DNA of 64,000 nt from Malacoraja senta (GCA_038087875.1 JAXLNO010000065.1:186001-250000), one strand, 5' to 3'. Positions 35,721 through 47,844 are shown, counted from the first letter of the stretch. The notes: generated by a model not told the origin, from the letters alone. Made by a program: numbers and translations.

Positions 35721-36124
35721 ACTCAGTTTATAACTCAACAGCTTCCGGCTATTAACATTTCAAATAGTTCTGACTACATTGTGAATATTATAAACTTGGA
35801 GATGGTCAAAGTTACAGGAGGGTCAAAGGAAAAGTGCTATGGCTAAACTTCGGCAAATACATTTTTCTCCTTCCCTCTCTCCCTCATTCCTTTCCTCTCT
35901 TGGGCTCTTTCACACCATTTGCAAAGCCTCTGGTTTTCTCGCAGACTCCTGTGTTATTGGTCATTTTAGGTACATATAGTTTACAAACTCCCTTTAATAG
36001 AGAACAACCCAATCCCATTGTACCGTTAGCCATTTCTTCCGCAGATTAGGACCACGCCATAAATTCATCATCTCCTAGCAGAGTAGTGCTGTTTTCAGGA
36101 GATTAACAGGTTTCTGATTAGTAA

Positions 36125-36527
36125 AGGGCCTGTCCCACGGGCATGCGACTCCATGCGGCAAGCGCGACCTAACCGCAAGCGGGGGCCGCGCGGAGGTTGA
36201 GTGATCCCCGTATAGGGCCGGTCCCACCAGCATGCGGCTGCATGCGGCAAGCGCTACCAAATTGGAAGCGGGGGCCGCGCGGAGGTCGAGTGACGTCAAG
36301 ACGGTGCGTACGGCCGTTGAGGCGGTGCGCACGGCCTCGATGCGGCTGCGGGGCGGCAGGCCATTGCCGCATGGAATTTTTGAACAGTGTCAGTTTTTCG
36401 GAGCCCCGCGCGATGTCGGAACCCGAAGTGGGACCGGCCCCGCGACCTCCGCGTGCCCCCGCACGGCACCCGCCTGTGGTTAGGTTGCACTTGCCGCATG
36501 GAGTCGCATGCCCGTGGGACAGGCCCT
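36125..36527. mobile_element. PIF/Harbinger-like MITE (403 bp, CpG-rich)
   Basis: ~59-bp near-perfect TIR beginning agggcctgtcccacgggcatgcgactccatgcggcaag, flanks TAA / TTA. Inserted in a CR1 3' tail (gattag..ggaatcaaaggttac). Confidence 0.85.
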
Positions 36528-38016
36528 TTAAGGAATCAAAGGTTACAGCAAGAAGGCAGCAGAATGGAGTTGAGAAGGAAAGATGGATCGTAAATGATTG
36601 AATGGTGGAGTGGACTTCATGGCCGAATGGCTCCTATGATTTATGAACATGACTCCAGACCCTTCAGTCCTGATAACATCCTCATGAATCTTCTCCACAT
36701 CTACTCCAGAGATACTTCCTGACCTGCTGAGTTACTCGAGCGCTTTGCGTAAACCAGCATCTGCAGTTTGTAAAGCAAAATCCCACACTGTTGTTGTCCT
36801 GTCCCACCTTCAAAATAGCCCAAAGCACTTTGTCACCAAGGGATTATTTCATGTTCATGTTATTGAACCAGAATTAGCCATTCAGCCCATCAAGTCTATT
36901 CCATAATTCAGTCATGGCTGATCTATCTTTCTCTCTCAACTCCATCCTCCTGCCTTCTCCATATAACCCCTGACACCCATACTAGTCAAGAATCGGTCAA
37001 TCTCCACCTTAAATATATCCACTGACTTTGCCTCCCCAGCCTTCTGTGCCAATGAATCCCACAGATTCACCACCCTCTGACTAAAGAACGTTCTGTTCAC
37101 AGCTGATCCATCAGCAAATTCAGTGGGCTAAACGTGTTCTCCAGAGATGCTGCCTGTCCCACTGAGTTACTCCAGCACGTTGTATCATTTTATTTTGAGA
37201 TAACCCAACATTAAGAGACGGCTGTCGGAGGAGTGGAGAGTGTGTGAAGGGAGGAGAACGCGGCCTCAGGCTTTGACCGTGCGATCGGAGGGAGGGAGTG
37301 GCCATTGACCTGTTACCTAGCAGAGGGGTCGGTGAGTGGAGAGAGTGAAAGGCTGAGAGAGTCTGTCACGCAGTGTTGGAGCAAAGTGGCATTCAGAGCG
37401 ACAGTGATGGAGCTGGTGAGTGCACAGGAATCACGGCACACGCAACGCCACAACTTCAGTCCCTTCACCATTCATCTCACGAGCATCAGTGCCAGCTCGC
37501 CAGGCAATGAATCTTGCTGAAGGTGGCACAATATTTCATTTAATTAAGACAGTCGTCTGAGTTGGTGGGTGAGGGGAGCTCTCGACTCTCAGACCCACCC
37601 GGGAGAGGTGTAGCTTTTATCTGAGCAATAACAGATTGCTTGGTGCAGAAATCGCTCCTCAACACACACAGGAGTTCAGCTTTTCCTGTCATCAGATTAG
37701 TGGTTCTTGCAGTTGGGAGGTTGCTGGATATATATAATGGAGACGTTGTCATTGAGTGGGTGGGAGTGCGCCACAAGCAGTGTGTCATATCCATCCTCTC
37801 TCACAGCTGTGATGACAGGCAAGTCGTGATCTCCATCAATGGGCCCACCGCAGAGCCAAATCCAACGCACACCAATGCAGAGTCAGGCCCCGGCCCTCTT
37901 CACCATCGCCCTCACTGCAATATGGCATCTCCTCTCCCTCAATATTCCCACTGGGCTGCAGCTCACCAGTGGGGGAATCGTCCAAACTCCATCACTGCCA
38001 CTCCGGAGTCAGCGTT

Positions 38017-38498
38017 AGTCTGAAGAAGGGTCTCGATCCGAAACATCATTTATTCCTTTTCGCCAGAGATGCACTCTGACCCGCAGAGTTACTCCAGCTT
38101 TTGTGTCAACCATACTACTCATACTACGCTTGGGCAGCTTCAAACCCACCGGCATGGATATTGATTTCTCTTACATCAAGTAACCCTTGCATTCCCTCTC
38201 TCTCTGTCCTTCCCCACCCTAGTCCGCTTCCCCCACCCTAGTCCGCTTGCAAATTTCAGCATTTGTCTCCCTTTCTTATCACCTCGTCCGCAGCCAATAA
38301 TGGACCATTGTGGGCTCCACCTTTCCTGAGTCATTGATGCAGGGTCTACTTTGTTCTGTACCTTCTTCTCAAACATCTAGATTCCCTCTCTCTAACTCTC
38401 AGTCTGATGAAGGGTCTCGACCCGAAACGTCACCAATTCATTTTCTCCAGAGATACTGCATGACCTGCTGAGTTACTCCTGCATTTTGTGTCTATCTT
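38017..38498 (+). mobile_element. Penelope-like 3' fragment flanked by two direct pseudo-LTRs
   Basis: ctcatactacgcttgggcagc..cccaccggcatggatattgat (LILRLGS..P.GM.I) is the end of the GIY-YIG domain. pLTR copies at 38017-38110 and 38400-38498. Confidence 0.8.
38404..38431 (+). ncRNA. Minimal hammerhead ribozyme core in a Penelope pseudo-LTR (putative)
   Basis: CUGAUGA - A - GGGU[CUCG]ACCC (stem II) - GAAA - palindromic ACGU - C. All catalytic-core positions are present; stem I is weak. Confidence 0.6.
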
Positions 38499-38499
38499 A

Positions 38500-38962
38500 T
38501 AGAAGTTGGGAGGTCATGTTGCAGCTATCTAAGACATTGGTGAGGCTCATTTGGAGTATTGTGTTCAGTTCTGGGCACCATGTTATAGTAAAGATGTTGT
38601 CAAGCTGGAAAGTGTGCGGAGATGATTTACGAGGATGTTGCCAGGACTCGAAGGCCTGAGCTATAGGGCGAGGTTGAGCAAGCTAGGACTCTATTCCTTG
38701 TAGTGCAGGAGGATGAGGGGTGATTTTATAAAGGTGTACAAAATTGTGGGAGGAATAGATCGGACAGACACACAGAGTCTCTTGCCCAGAGTAGTGGAAT
38801 CGAGAACCAGAGGACATAGGTTTAAGGTGAGGGGGAAAAGATTTAATAGGAACCTGAATTGTAACTTTTTCACACAAAGGGTGGTGTGTCTATGGAGCAA
38901 GCAGCCAGAGGAGGTAGTTGCGGCAGGTACTATTGCAACGTTTAAGAAACATTTGGACAGGC
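38500..38962 (+). mobile_element. CR1-type LINE ORF2 3' fragment
   Basis: ORF 38713-39111 begins MRGDFIKVYKIVGGIDR...RTRGHRFKVRG..FFTQRVV.LW..P.EVV.A..FKKHLD. Confidence 0.85.
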
Positions 38963-39699
38963 ACTTCTTCCCAACTTCTATACTTAGTGGCTGGAGTGTG
39001 AGGGATTGGGTGTCATGGGTTGAAATCTTCTGGGAAATGTTAGCCAGAGCTGCCATGCCTAAGATTGGGACAAAGTTTGATATTCACATTTCAAAAAGGA
39101 ATTTTAAATAATTGCTGACTCTGAAATAATATTCACATATTGATCGGTTATGATAAAAAATAGACATTTTTTAACGTGTGTTAGTAGAATCCAAGGTATG
39201 CGTGAAAACAATGTTGTCAAATATTTGTGTGAGCTGACTGACGTTCAGCTCTTTATTTTTTGGTCTTAAGAGCTGGGAGATTTTATTCCCTCTGATTTGC
39301 AGTTTCTTTGATCTTGCATATTGTCAGTTTTATTCCTGTCTGCAGCTTCATGCCTTATACTTCAAAGCTACCTAATTAGCAGTGAACTGCTCTGAGATGT
39401 CCTGTGGTGGTGAAATCTTCTGTCTGGTGCATTCCATTAATTGCATAAAGTTTCCCGCATCCCCCCCCCCCCCCTTTCCCTTCTATGTTTCATATCCTTT
39501 CTCTGTCCTTGCTTTGGCCAAATCCAGTGCAGCCACACAGCAGCTGAAGAAGGGCCACAACCTGAAACATCATCTAGCCATGTTCCCCAGAGATGCTGCA
39601 TGACCTGCCGACTTACTGCAGCACTTGGCGTTGCTTTGTGTATTAACCGGCATCTGCAGTTCTTTGTTTCTCCACCCTTAATGAGAAAGAGAGAGAGAC

Positions 39700-40140
39700 A
39701 GAGATTGTCCAATGTCCCAAGCAGCACAACAGAATATATGAACAATATAATTAATGCACACACATATATCTATGTACTTCAGAGCTTATTTGCAGGTTGT
39801 CGTGTTTAATAGCTGATGCCTGTTGGGGGAGTGGCTGTTCCTGAGCCTGGACGTTACGGTTTTCAAGCTCCTATATCTTCCTCCCAATGATAGGAAAGAA
39901 ATAAGTGCGTGGCCAGGGTGGTGTGCATCTTTGATGATGTTGGCAGCCTTTTTAAGGCAGCGACTCCTGGGGAGGTCAGGTGGACTGGGCAGTGTTCACT
40001 ACTTTTTGCAGTCTTCCTCGGTCCTGGGCGTTCAAGTTGGCGAGCCAGGCCGTGATGTAACCAGTCAATATGCTCTCTACTCTGTACCTGTAAATGTTCA
40101 TGAGGGTACTGTCTGACATACCGAATATTTGAATAATTAG
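39700..40140 (-). mobile_element. Rex1/Babar-type LINE 3' fragment
   Basis: Minus ORF 39976-40197 ..YRYRVESILTGYITAWLANLNAQDRGRLQKVVNTAQS. Confidence 0.75.
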
Positions 40141-40432
40141 CGGGGTACAAATATTCATTCGGAGGGAAAACGAGCATTCGCTTGTGTGGAAACACACAAA
40201 ATGCTACAGTAACTCAACGGGTCAGGCAGCATCCCTGGAAAACATGGGTAGGTGAAGTCCAAAGAAGGGTCTTGACCCGAAACGTCACCCATTCCTTCTC
40301 CCCATGGGTAGGTGAAGTTTTGGGTCGGGACCCTTCTTCAGACTGATTGCATGGGCGGGAGGAAAGACAGCTAAAAGAGTGGAAGGGCAGGACAAAGTAT
40401 GTGAGACTTTCTACAATCATTTGAGTGCCTCT

Positions 40433-41282
40433 TTAGAGATTAGAGATTCCTTTATTTGTCATTCAGACCTTTCGGTCTGAACGAAATTTCGTTGCCTGCA
40501 GTCATACATATAATAATAAATAACAAAACACACAATAAACACAAATTAACATCCACCACAGTGAGTTCACCAGGCACCTCCTCACTGTGATGGAGGCAAA
40601 AGTCTTAAAGTCTCTGTCTCTTCCCTCTTTGTTCTCCCTCTGCGCTGAGGCGATCCAGGCTTCTGACGCTGTGACCCCGCCGGGTGATGGTAAGTAAGGC
40701 AATCCCACGGCTGAATCCGTGCTCCGTCCGCGACGGGCCGGTTCAAACTCCGTGGCCCGGGGTGGTCGAAGCTGCCGAAGCTGCCGCCCTCCAGTCCAGC
40801 GGACGCAGCTGTAATTGCGGGAGCTCCAGAAAAACAGGTCACCAACCTGTGACCTGCGCGCTCCCGACGATGTCGTCCACCGGGCCCGCGGCCGAGCCTC
40901 CGGATTCAGGTCGCAACCAGCGTCCTCGGTCGCCACCGCCGGAACGCCACCGCAGCCCCGAAGTTGGCCAGCCCCGCGCTGGTAAGTCCTGGCTCTGCCT
41001 CCGGAGCCTCGAGGTCGGTCGGTCGCAGTTGGAGTTGGAGGCCGGCAGCTCCGCCATTTTGGCCTCGGCGCAGACTGAGGCAGAGAAGGGGGACACGACA
41101 AGAAAAAGTCGTATTCCCCCGAAGGAAGAGACAAAAATCATGTTTCACCCTCCCACCCCACACATACACAACCCAATAAACTAAAATTTAACTAAAACAG
41201 GGCAAAAGAAAACAACAAAAAAAGTAAAAACAGACGGACTGCAGGCGAGCCGCTGCTGTTGAACAGCGCCGCCACTTCCGGA
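40433..41282 (-). mobile_element. Non-autonomous CpG-rich retroelement with a LINE-like 5' leader and Rex1-type 3' tail
   Basis: Minus strand starts ccggaagtggcggcgctg.. and ends with the stem-loop ttcagacc-gaaa-ggtctgaa, tgacaaataaa and a (tctaatc) tail. No TE-like ORF. Confidence 0.6.
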
Positions 41283-42014
41283 ATTGAGCTCCCTGACACC
41301 CATTACTTTAAAATAAAGGCATTGTTCTTCTCTCTGTTGCACAGCTAACAGCAGGTTCCCATGGTATGTTTGGTGCCAGCATTATCTGTTGGTATCATGC
41401 CCTGATGGTTAAAAGCTGCACAGATCCACTGAATTCCCCTCGGATCCCATTATATTCCATAAATGTCAAGCCTCATTTAGATCTGTGAGTCTTGTTCACT
41501 TAATTATGCACAGTAGTGAACAGAAAAGTTAGATTTTTTTTAACTCTTGTGTTTTTAGATTTGTCCTTTGGTAAAAGCATCAAGACATAGATGCACAACA
41601 TCAAAGAAATAATTCTGTCTAGGAAGAGAAAGCAATAATTTAATTCTGTTGCTGCTCTCCAGTCATTTTGTCTTTATTTGCGAGTTAATTATGGGTTGTT
41701 TATCTCTGCTTTCTCATACGTCCTTCCTGATGCAAGACAGGCTGTAGTTTGCAATGGTGCCATTGAGTTCCTTCCAGTGAGACTTGAATTGAACTTGGAT
41801 GCGAAAGCTAAAGTACATGAAGTGTGTACGAAATAGGACCAGGGTCTTTGCAGAGTGCTCCCTGACATGGGAGTCAAGACCTGAAGATCTCAGTGACCCC
41901 TTCTGCTCCTGCTGGGCTGGAGGAGTGTGGGCAGAGGCACAAACCAGAATACAGACTAATGTTGGGATCAAGGAAAGATACAGTCTTAATGATGGCACAC
42001 TAGGCAAATCACAC

Positions 42015-43152
42015 GGGCGCACAGTGGCGCAGCGGTAGAGTTGCTGCCTAATGGGCCTGTTCCACTTAGGCGACTTTTTAGGCGAGTGCAGGAGACTTTG
42101 CGCTCGCCACATGGTCGCCACATGTTCGCTGATGGTCTCTGGTGAGTCTCCTTCATGGTTGCGAGGAGTTCCTGCATTCTGGGAACTAGTTGCGGCGTCA
42201 GTATGATTGGTGCAAATTTTTCAACATGTTGAAACATTTTCTGCGACCATAAATTGGTTGCCATAGAGAAAATCGTTAATCCTGTAGTCGTAGGTGCAGT
42301 TGTAGTAGGGTCGCCATGTAGTTATGGGTAGTCGAGGTAGTCATAGGCAGATTTAATTAATCGCATTTGCTGACCGGTCATTTTCATCGGCTCATTGGGG
42401 GAAAAAACGTAAGCAGGAGTTTTCAGAACCAAGGAAAACCGACCGGTAATGCTAAATGTCCGCCGAACTTCACAGCTGTGTATCTCTAGCTTATTAAAAG
42501 TTGTATGGCATCTTAAAAGTTGTCTTCACTCCTTCTCCCCCCTTCTCTTCTCCCCCTTCTCTTCTCCCCCTTCTCTTCTCCCCCCCTTCTCTTCTACCCC
42601 CTTCTCGTCTCCCCCCTTCTCGTCTCCCCCCTTCTCGTCTCCCCCCTTCTCACCTCCCCCTTCTCTTCTCCCCCCTTCCCTTCTCCACCCTTCTCCCCTC
42701 TTTTAAAGGACTTACCGTACATTGTGCTGGCCGTCTTCATTACAGCGCCAACCTTCCTGTGTGTGTCTATATCACCTTGGCTTTGTACCATGTGAATTTC
42801 AGACAGCGCTCCCCGCTTCCCCTGGCCCCCGCCTTTGCGATGTGTGTGTGTGTTCCACTCTGACAGTCGCAGTTCCAGTTCCCGGTTTTTCAGACGACTG
42901 CCGGCAACTTGACAGTCGCCTAAGTGGGACAGGCCCATTACAGCGACAGGGACCTAGGTTGGATCCCAATTGCGGGTGCTGTTTGTACGGAGCTTGTACG
43001 TCCTCCCTGTGACCACTTGGGTTTTCTCTGGGTGCTCCGGTTTCCTCCCACACTCCAAAGATGTGCAGGTTTGTAGGTTAATTGACTTCTGTAAAATTGT
43101 GCCTAGTGTGGAGGACTCGGTAAGCGCGCTGTATCTCAAAACTAAACTAAAC
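42015..43152 (+). mobile_element. V-domain SINE interrupted by a MITE
   Basis: A box tggcgcagcggt, ...gttgctgcc | MITE | ttacagcgacaggga.., V core, and tail. Confidence 0.85.
42052..42937. mobile_element. PIF/Harbinger-like non-autonomous DNA transposon (886 bp)
   Basis: 24-bp TIR tgggcctgt(t/c)ccacttaggcgact with one mismatch, flanks TAA / TTA, and an internal C/T-rich ~16-bp minisatellite at 42531-42700. Confidence 0.85.
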
Positions 43153-43297
43153 TGTCTGCTCCAGGTGGTCCAGTGGTCTGTCATCATGGTGGGCAGAGAT
43201 GCAAGCCAGAATACAGTCTGAAGTTGGGATCAAGGAAGGATACAGTCTTAATGATGACAAATGGAAAGTGTAGGTTGGGAAAACAGTTTGCTAGAAT

Positions 43298-43607
43298 GTT
43301 TAGTTTAGTTTAGAGATGCAGCATGGAAACAGGCCCTTTGGCCCACCAAGTCCATGCTGAACAGCAATCCCCATACATTAGCACTATCCAACATGCATTA
43401 GGGACAATTTACAATTTTACCAAGCCAATTAACCTACAAACCTGTACGTCTTTGGAGTGTGGGAGGAAATCGGAGTACCCGGAGAAAGTCCGCACACGTC
43501 ACAGGGAGAAAGTATAAACTCCTTACAGACCGCATCTGTGGTCAGGATCGAACCTGGGTCTCTGGAGCTGTAAGGCAGCAACTCTACCGCTGAGCCACTG
43601 CGTCACC
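43298..43607 (-). mobile_element. V-domain tRNA-derived SINE (HE1-like)
   Basis: Full-length reverse-complement match with a (tttag)n tail. Confidence 0.9.
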
Positions 43608-43874
43608 CAATGTCTTGGGGTAAAGTGTGTGTACAACTCTATTACTGTGACGGTGTCTCAGATTTAATCATCGCCCCTCTAAATCTGGTTTGTTCCTTTC
43701 TTGCCATTTATGTTGATGCTATCATGGGAAATGGGGAAGAGCACTTGTGAATGTGGAGACCATGGAAGGAGCATGGAAGGAAAAAAAAAGATCTTTATCC
43801 TCCAAGAGCCAGTGCTCCTCGTGGAAGTTAGATAATCCAAAAAAATGGGCAGATGTGCAAACTATTGTTCAACA

Positions 43875-44733
43875 GCTGAGGCTGCAGGGTGCAGGGTGAC
43901 TTGGACAGGTTGGGTGAGTGGGCAGAAGCATGGTAGATGCAGTATAATGTGGATAAATGTGAGGTTATCCACTTTGGTGGCAAGAACAGGAATGCAGATT
44001 ATTATCTGAATGGTGTCAGTTTAGGAGAAGGGGATGTGCGACAAGACCTGGGTGTGCTTGTACATCAGTTACTAAAATTAAGCATGCAGGTACAGCAGGC
44101 AGTGAAGAAAGCCAATTGGCCTTCATTGCAAGAGGATATGAGCTTAGGAGCAAGGTGGTCCTACTGCAGTTGTACAGGGCCCTGGGGAGACCGCACCTGG
44201 AGTATTGTGTGCAATTTTGGTCTCCTAATTTGAGGAAGGGCATTATTGGTATTGAGGGAGTGCAGGGTAGGTTCACCAGGTTAATTCCCGGGATGGCACG
44301 ACTGATGTATGATGAAAGAACAGGTCGACTGTATCTGCTGGAATTTAGAAGGATTAGAGGGGTCTTATGGAACCATATAAAATTCTTAGAGGATTTGACA
44401 GGGTAGATGCAGGAAAAATGTTCGCAATGTTCAGAACCAGGGGTCACAGTTTAAGAATAAGGGGTAGGCCATTTATGACTGTGATGAGGAAAACCTTTTT
44501 CACCCAGAGAGTTGTGAATCTGTGGAATTCTCTGCCACAGAAGGCAGTGGAGGCCAATTCACTGGATGTTTTCAAGAGAGAGTTAGATTTAGTTCTTAGG
44601 GCTAAGGGAATAAAGGGATATGGGGAAAAAGCCAGAACGGGGTACTGATTTTGGATGATCAGCCATGATCATATTGAATGGCCGTGCTGGCTCGAATGGC
44701 CTACTCCTGCACCTATTTTCTATATTTCTATGT
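43875..44733 (+). mobile_element. CR1-type LINE, 5'-truncated (RT C-terminus to 3' tail)
   Basis: Frameshifted ORFs 43937-44648: MQYNVDKCEVIHFG..., LYRAL.RPHLEYCVQFWSP, RTRGHSLRIRG..FFTQRVVNLWNSLP. Confidence 0.92.
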
Positions 44734-45599
44734 AACTCCACGAAGGATGCAGCAGGATCAGAAAACATTGTACCTCCCTCTAAAAGCAACCAAGGGGCCA
44801 TGCCAGCCCCCCAAATATGGCAGATAGACACAAAAAGCTGGAATAACAGCGGGCAGCGGGTAACAGGCAGCATCTCTGGAGAAAAGGAACTGGTGACATT
44901 TCGTGTTGAGAGGCTTCTTCAGATTCAGATGCTGCTCGACCTGCTGAGTTACTCCAGCTTTTTGTGTGTACCTTCTGTATAAAACACCATCTGCAGTTCT
45001 TCCCTTCTCCACCTCCCCCCCACCCAACCCCCCGCTCCCCTCCCATATATGCTGTTAACCATGGGAGTAAAAGTCCTTGTGAATCATGAAAATTGTCAAA
45101 ATTATCTTAAGGAACTTCCTTATCCTAGGGTGGAAATGTCAAATGGTAGAGGCCATAGCTTTAAGGGGCGAGGGCAGATAGTTTAAAGGAAAGTGGTTGG
45201 TGCCTCCTATGTGCTGTCAAGGGTGGTGGTGGAGGAGGCAGGTATGGTAGCGATATTTAAGAGGCATTTAGACAGACAACGGACAGGTAGGAAATCGAAG
45301 AATACCTTACTAGGTGCAGGGAGATGGATGTGCAGTTTAATCTGGCATCAGGGTTAACACAGGTTTCGTGGCCTGAAGGGTCTGTTCTCGTGCTGTACTG
45401 TTCTATGTTCCAAGGGAGGTTACATCCAGAGTAAACTGTGGGCTAATAGCAGGATCTGCCGCAGTGCTTGGAAAGATCATGTGGCAAAAGTATTGAGGGT
45501 CAACATGACTTAGACCTCCAGGCCTGACATGAGAGGGCGGCTGCAACTTTCCTACAGCACGTCACATCTCTCAGCTATGCATCTTGCAAACCTTGTTGG

Positions 45600-46435
45600 T
45601 ATTGATTTATTATTATTGCGTGTACCGAGATACAGTGAAACACTTTGTTTCCATGCTATCCCGATAAATCATGCCATACAGGGCACCTCAGGTAATGTGG
45701 AAGATAAAGTAAATAGATGGCAGGATATAGTGCTATAGAGAAAGTGCAAGTAAAAATATAGTGCGAGGGCTGTGATGAGATAAATCTGAAGATTGAGAAT
45801 TCATCCGTAGCATATGAGAGGTCAGTTCAAGAGTCTGATAACAATGGGGGGGAAAAGCTGCTCTTGAAACTGGTGGGACGTTCGGCATGTCCCCACGAGC
45901 CCTTCTTCTGAAAGCATTTTATCGGGATACATCACAGCAGGGTTTGGGAACAGCTCCATCCCAGACTGCAAGAAATTGCAGAGAGTTGTGGAAGTAGCCC
46001 AGACCATCAGACAAACCAACCTCCCTTCCATTGACTCCATCTACACTTTATGCTGCCTCAGCAAGACCACCAGCATAATCAAGGACGTGTTTCCACCCAC
46101 ACTCCAAAGGTGTGGAGGATTTTTTGTTGCCTATCCTTCCCAATTGCAGTCTCTGGGTCAGGAAGTCAAAGATCCAGTTGCAGAGGGAGATGCTGAGTCC
46201 TAGGTCCAAGAGTTGGAGACAGGTTTGGTTGGACTTATGTATTGAAGAGATGCTACAGTCAATGAAGGGGAGTCTGACATAGGTGTCCTTATTACCCAAA
46301 TGTTCCAGGGATGACATAAGGCCAGGGTGATTGCGTCTACAGTGGACCTGTTGTGGTGGCTGATGAATTGAAGTGGTTCAAGGCTGACTAGGAGGCTGGA
46401 GTTGATGTGTGCCATGACCAGCCTCTCGGAGCAGA
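45600..46435. mobile_element. Cluster of Rex1/Babar-type fragments in both orientations
   Basis: ..LQRVVEVAQTI..LPSIDSIYT (+) and ..TYVRLPFIDCS..LLDLGLS.SLCNWIFDFLT (-, RT region). Confidence 0.7.
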
Positions 46436-47127
46436 CCTGCAAATAGCTTGATCCTGTGCTTCCAACTTAGCAACGATATCTCAGCTAACACGAACAAATC
46501 AACAATTCCAGCTTTCACCTCTCCTCCCCCACCCACCGCAGTCTGAAGAAGGGTCCCCAACCCGAAACATCACCTATCCAGAGATGCTGCCTGACCCACT
46601 GAGTTGCTCCAGCACTTTGTGTCGCTTTGACTGGTTGATTACCCCACTGCAGTTCCATCCTGGGTTAGGCTGAAACTATTTTCCATCAACTATCTTAACC
46701 TCTGCCTCTGGGAATTGGAAGTCCAATTCCCAGAGGCAGTTCCTGTGGAAGTCCATCATATTCACAGAGGATGTCCCAGGCTTTCTTCCTGCCACTGTGC
46801 CAGGTATATTGGTGATGGGACTGGATATTCTCAACCACTGGCATCGACTGCCGCCCACAGAACTGTACATGCCAGCCACATATTAGTAGTACCATCTGGA
46901 GAACCCGAACTATGGCAGGTTCCCAATTACAGCTACAATTCTGGTATGATTGTGGTGCAGGTGCCCCCTGTGTTTGGGAGAGGGTGTTGCATCCTAACAA
47001 GCCTATGAATATCACAATTGTCCACAACGTGAAGCCGTGTCACCTGTGTAAAGAGACGAGAGAAAATATTGTGTTTAATTGCTTATTTTTCCACGATAAG
47101 TTCAGTGAATGAATTTTATTAATCACC

Positions 47128-47712
47128 TCACTTTTTTGGATGTGATTTGTGAATCGGCTCCCAGCCAGCCGTGGCCTGTAGGGGGGAGGTCACCGAGCTG
47201 ACCCCTGCTTGTCCCTCATGGTCAACGCAAGACCCGGCGGGCCACGGACTGTAGGCGGGAGGATGCCGAGCCAGCCCCTGCTCATCCACCGAAGACCAGA
47301 AACCAGGAGGATGGAGAGGGCAGCAACGACGGATGTGGTGGGCGAGGACCAAGGGGAGGGAACCGGGGTCTGGCCTACCACCGCCTCACTGTCAGCTGCG
47401 GGAGGTGCCCCCGGGGAACGAAGGTGGATGGTCGAGAAGAGGTACGTTGGTTCGCTGGTCGATCCAGATGTCCAAGGAACTCGATAGCTGGAGACCCGCA
47501 GCGGCCTGGGGCTTGCCTGGATCGGGCACTGCTCATGAACGCGGACTGGACAAAACATGGCACTTCTTGCAGGCGGGCTCAGAGAACTATTTCTGTACAT
47601 TTTGCTAATCAGGGATTGTTCTTGGGTATGGCAATACCTCACTGGACTGTATGTAAGAAAATAATTTCACTGAGCATTTGCTCTTGACAATCAAAGCACC
47701 ATTGAATCATTA
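47128..47712 (+). mobile_element. Non-autonomous GC-rich element with a Rex1-type 3' tail
   Basis: GC-rich body ending cactggactgtatg..aatttcactg..tgacaatcaaagcaccattgaa. Confidence 0.45.
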
Positions 47713-47844
47713 CATCTGGAGCGACCAGGACTTGCAGGTCATCTGTACCACAACTTTCAGGACTAAGTTGGGTTCCCTGTGGATTCATGGCTGTGTTTTA
47801 CATCTTCATTTTTGCCTGCCCATGTTCACATTAATTAGAGATTT

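Noticed and set aside
40502..41184. 210-aa and 166-aa overlapping ORFs
   Set aside because: Stop-poor frames from high GC inside a non-autonomous element; no recognisable domain.
42015..42050. tRNA genes suggested by A/B boxes
   Set aside because: These are SINE heads that continue into the V core and LINE-like tail; no complete cloverleaf.
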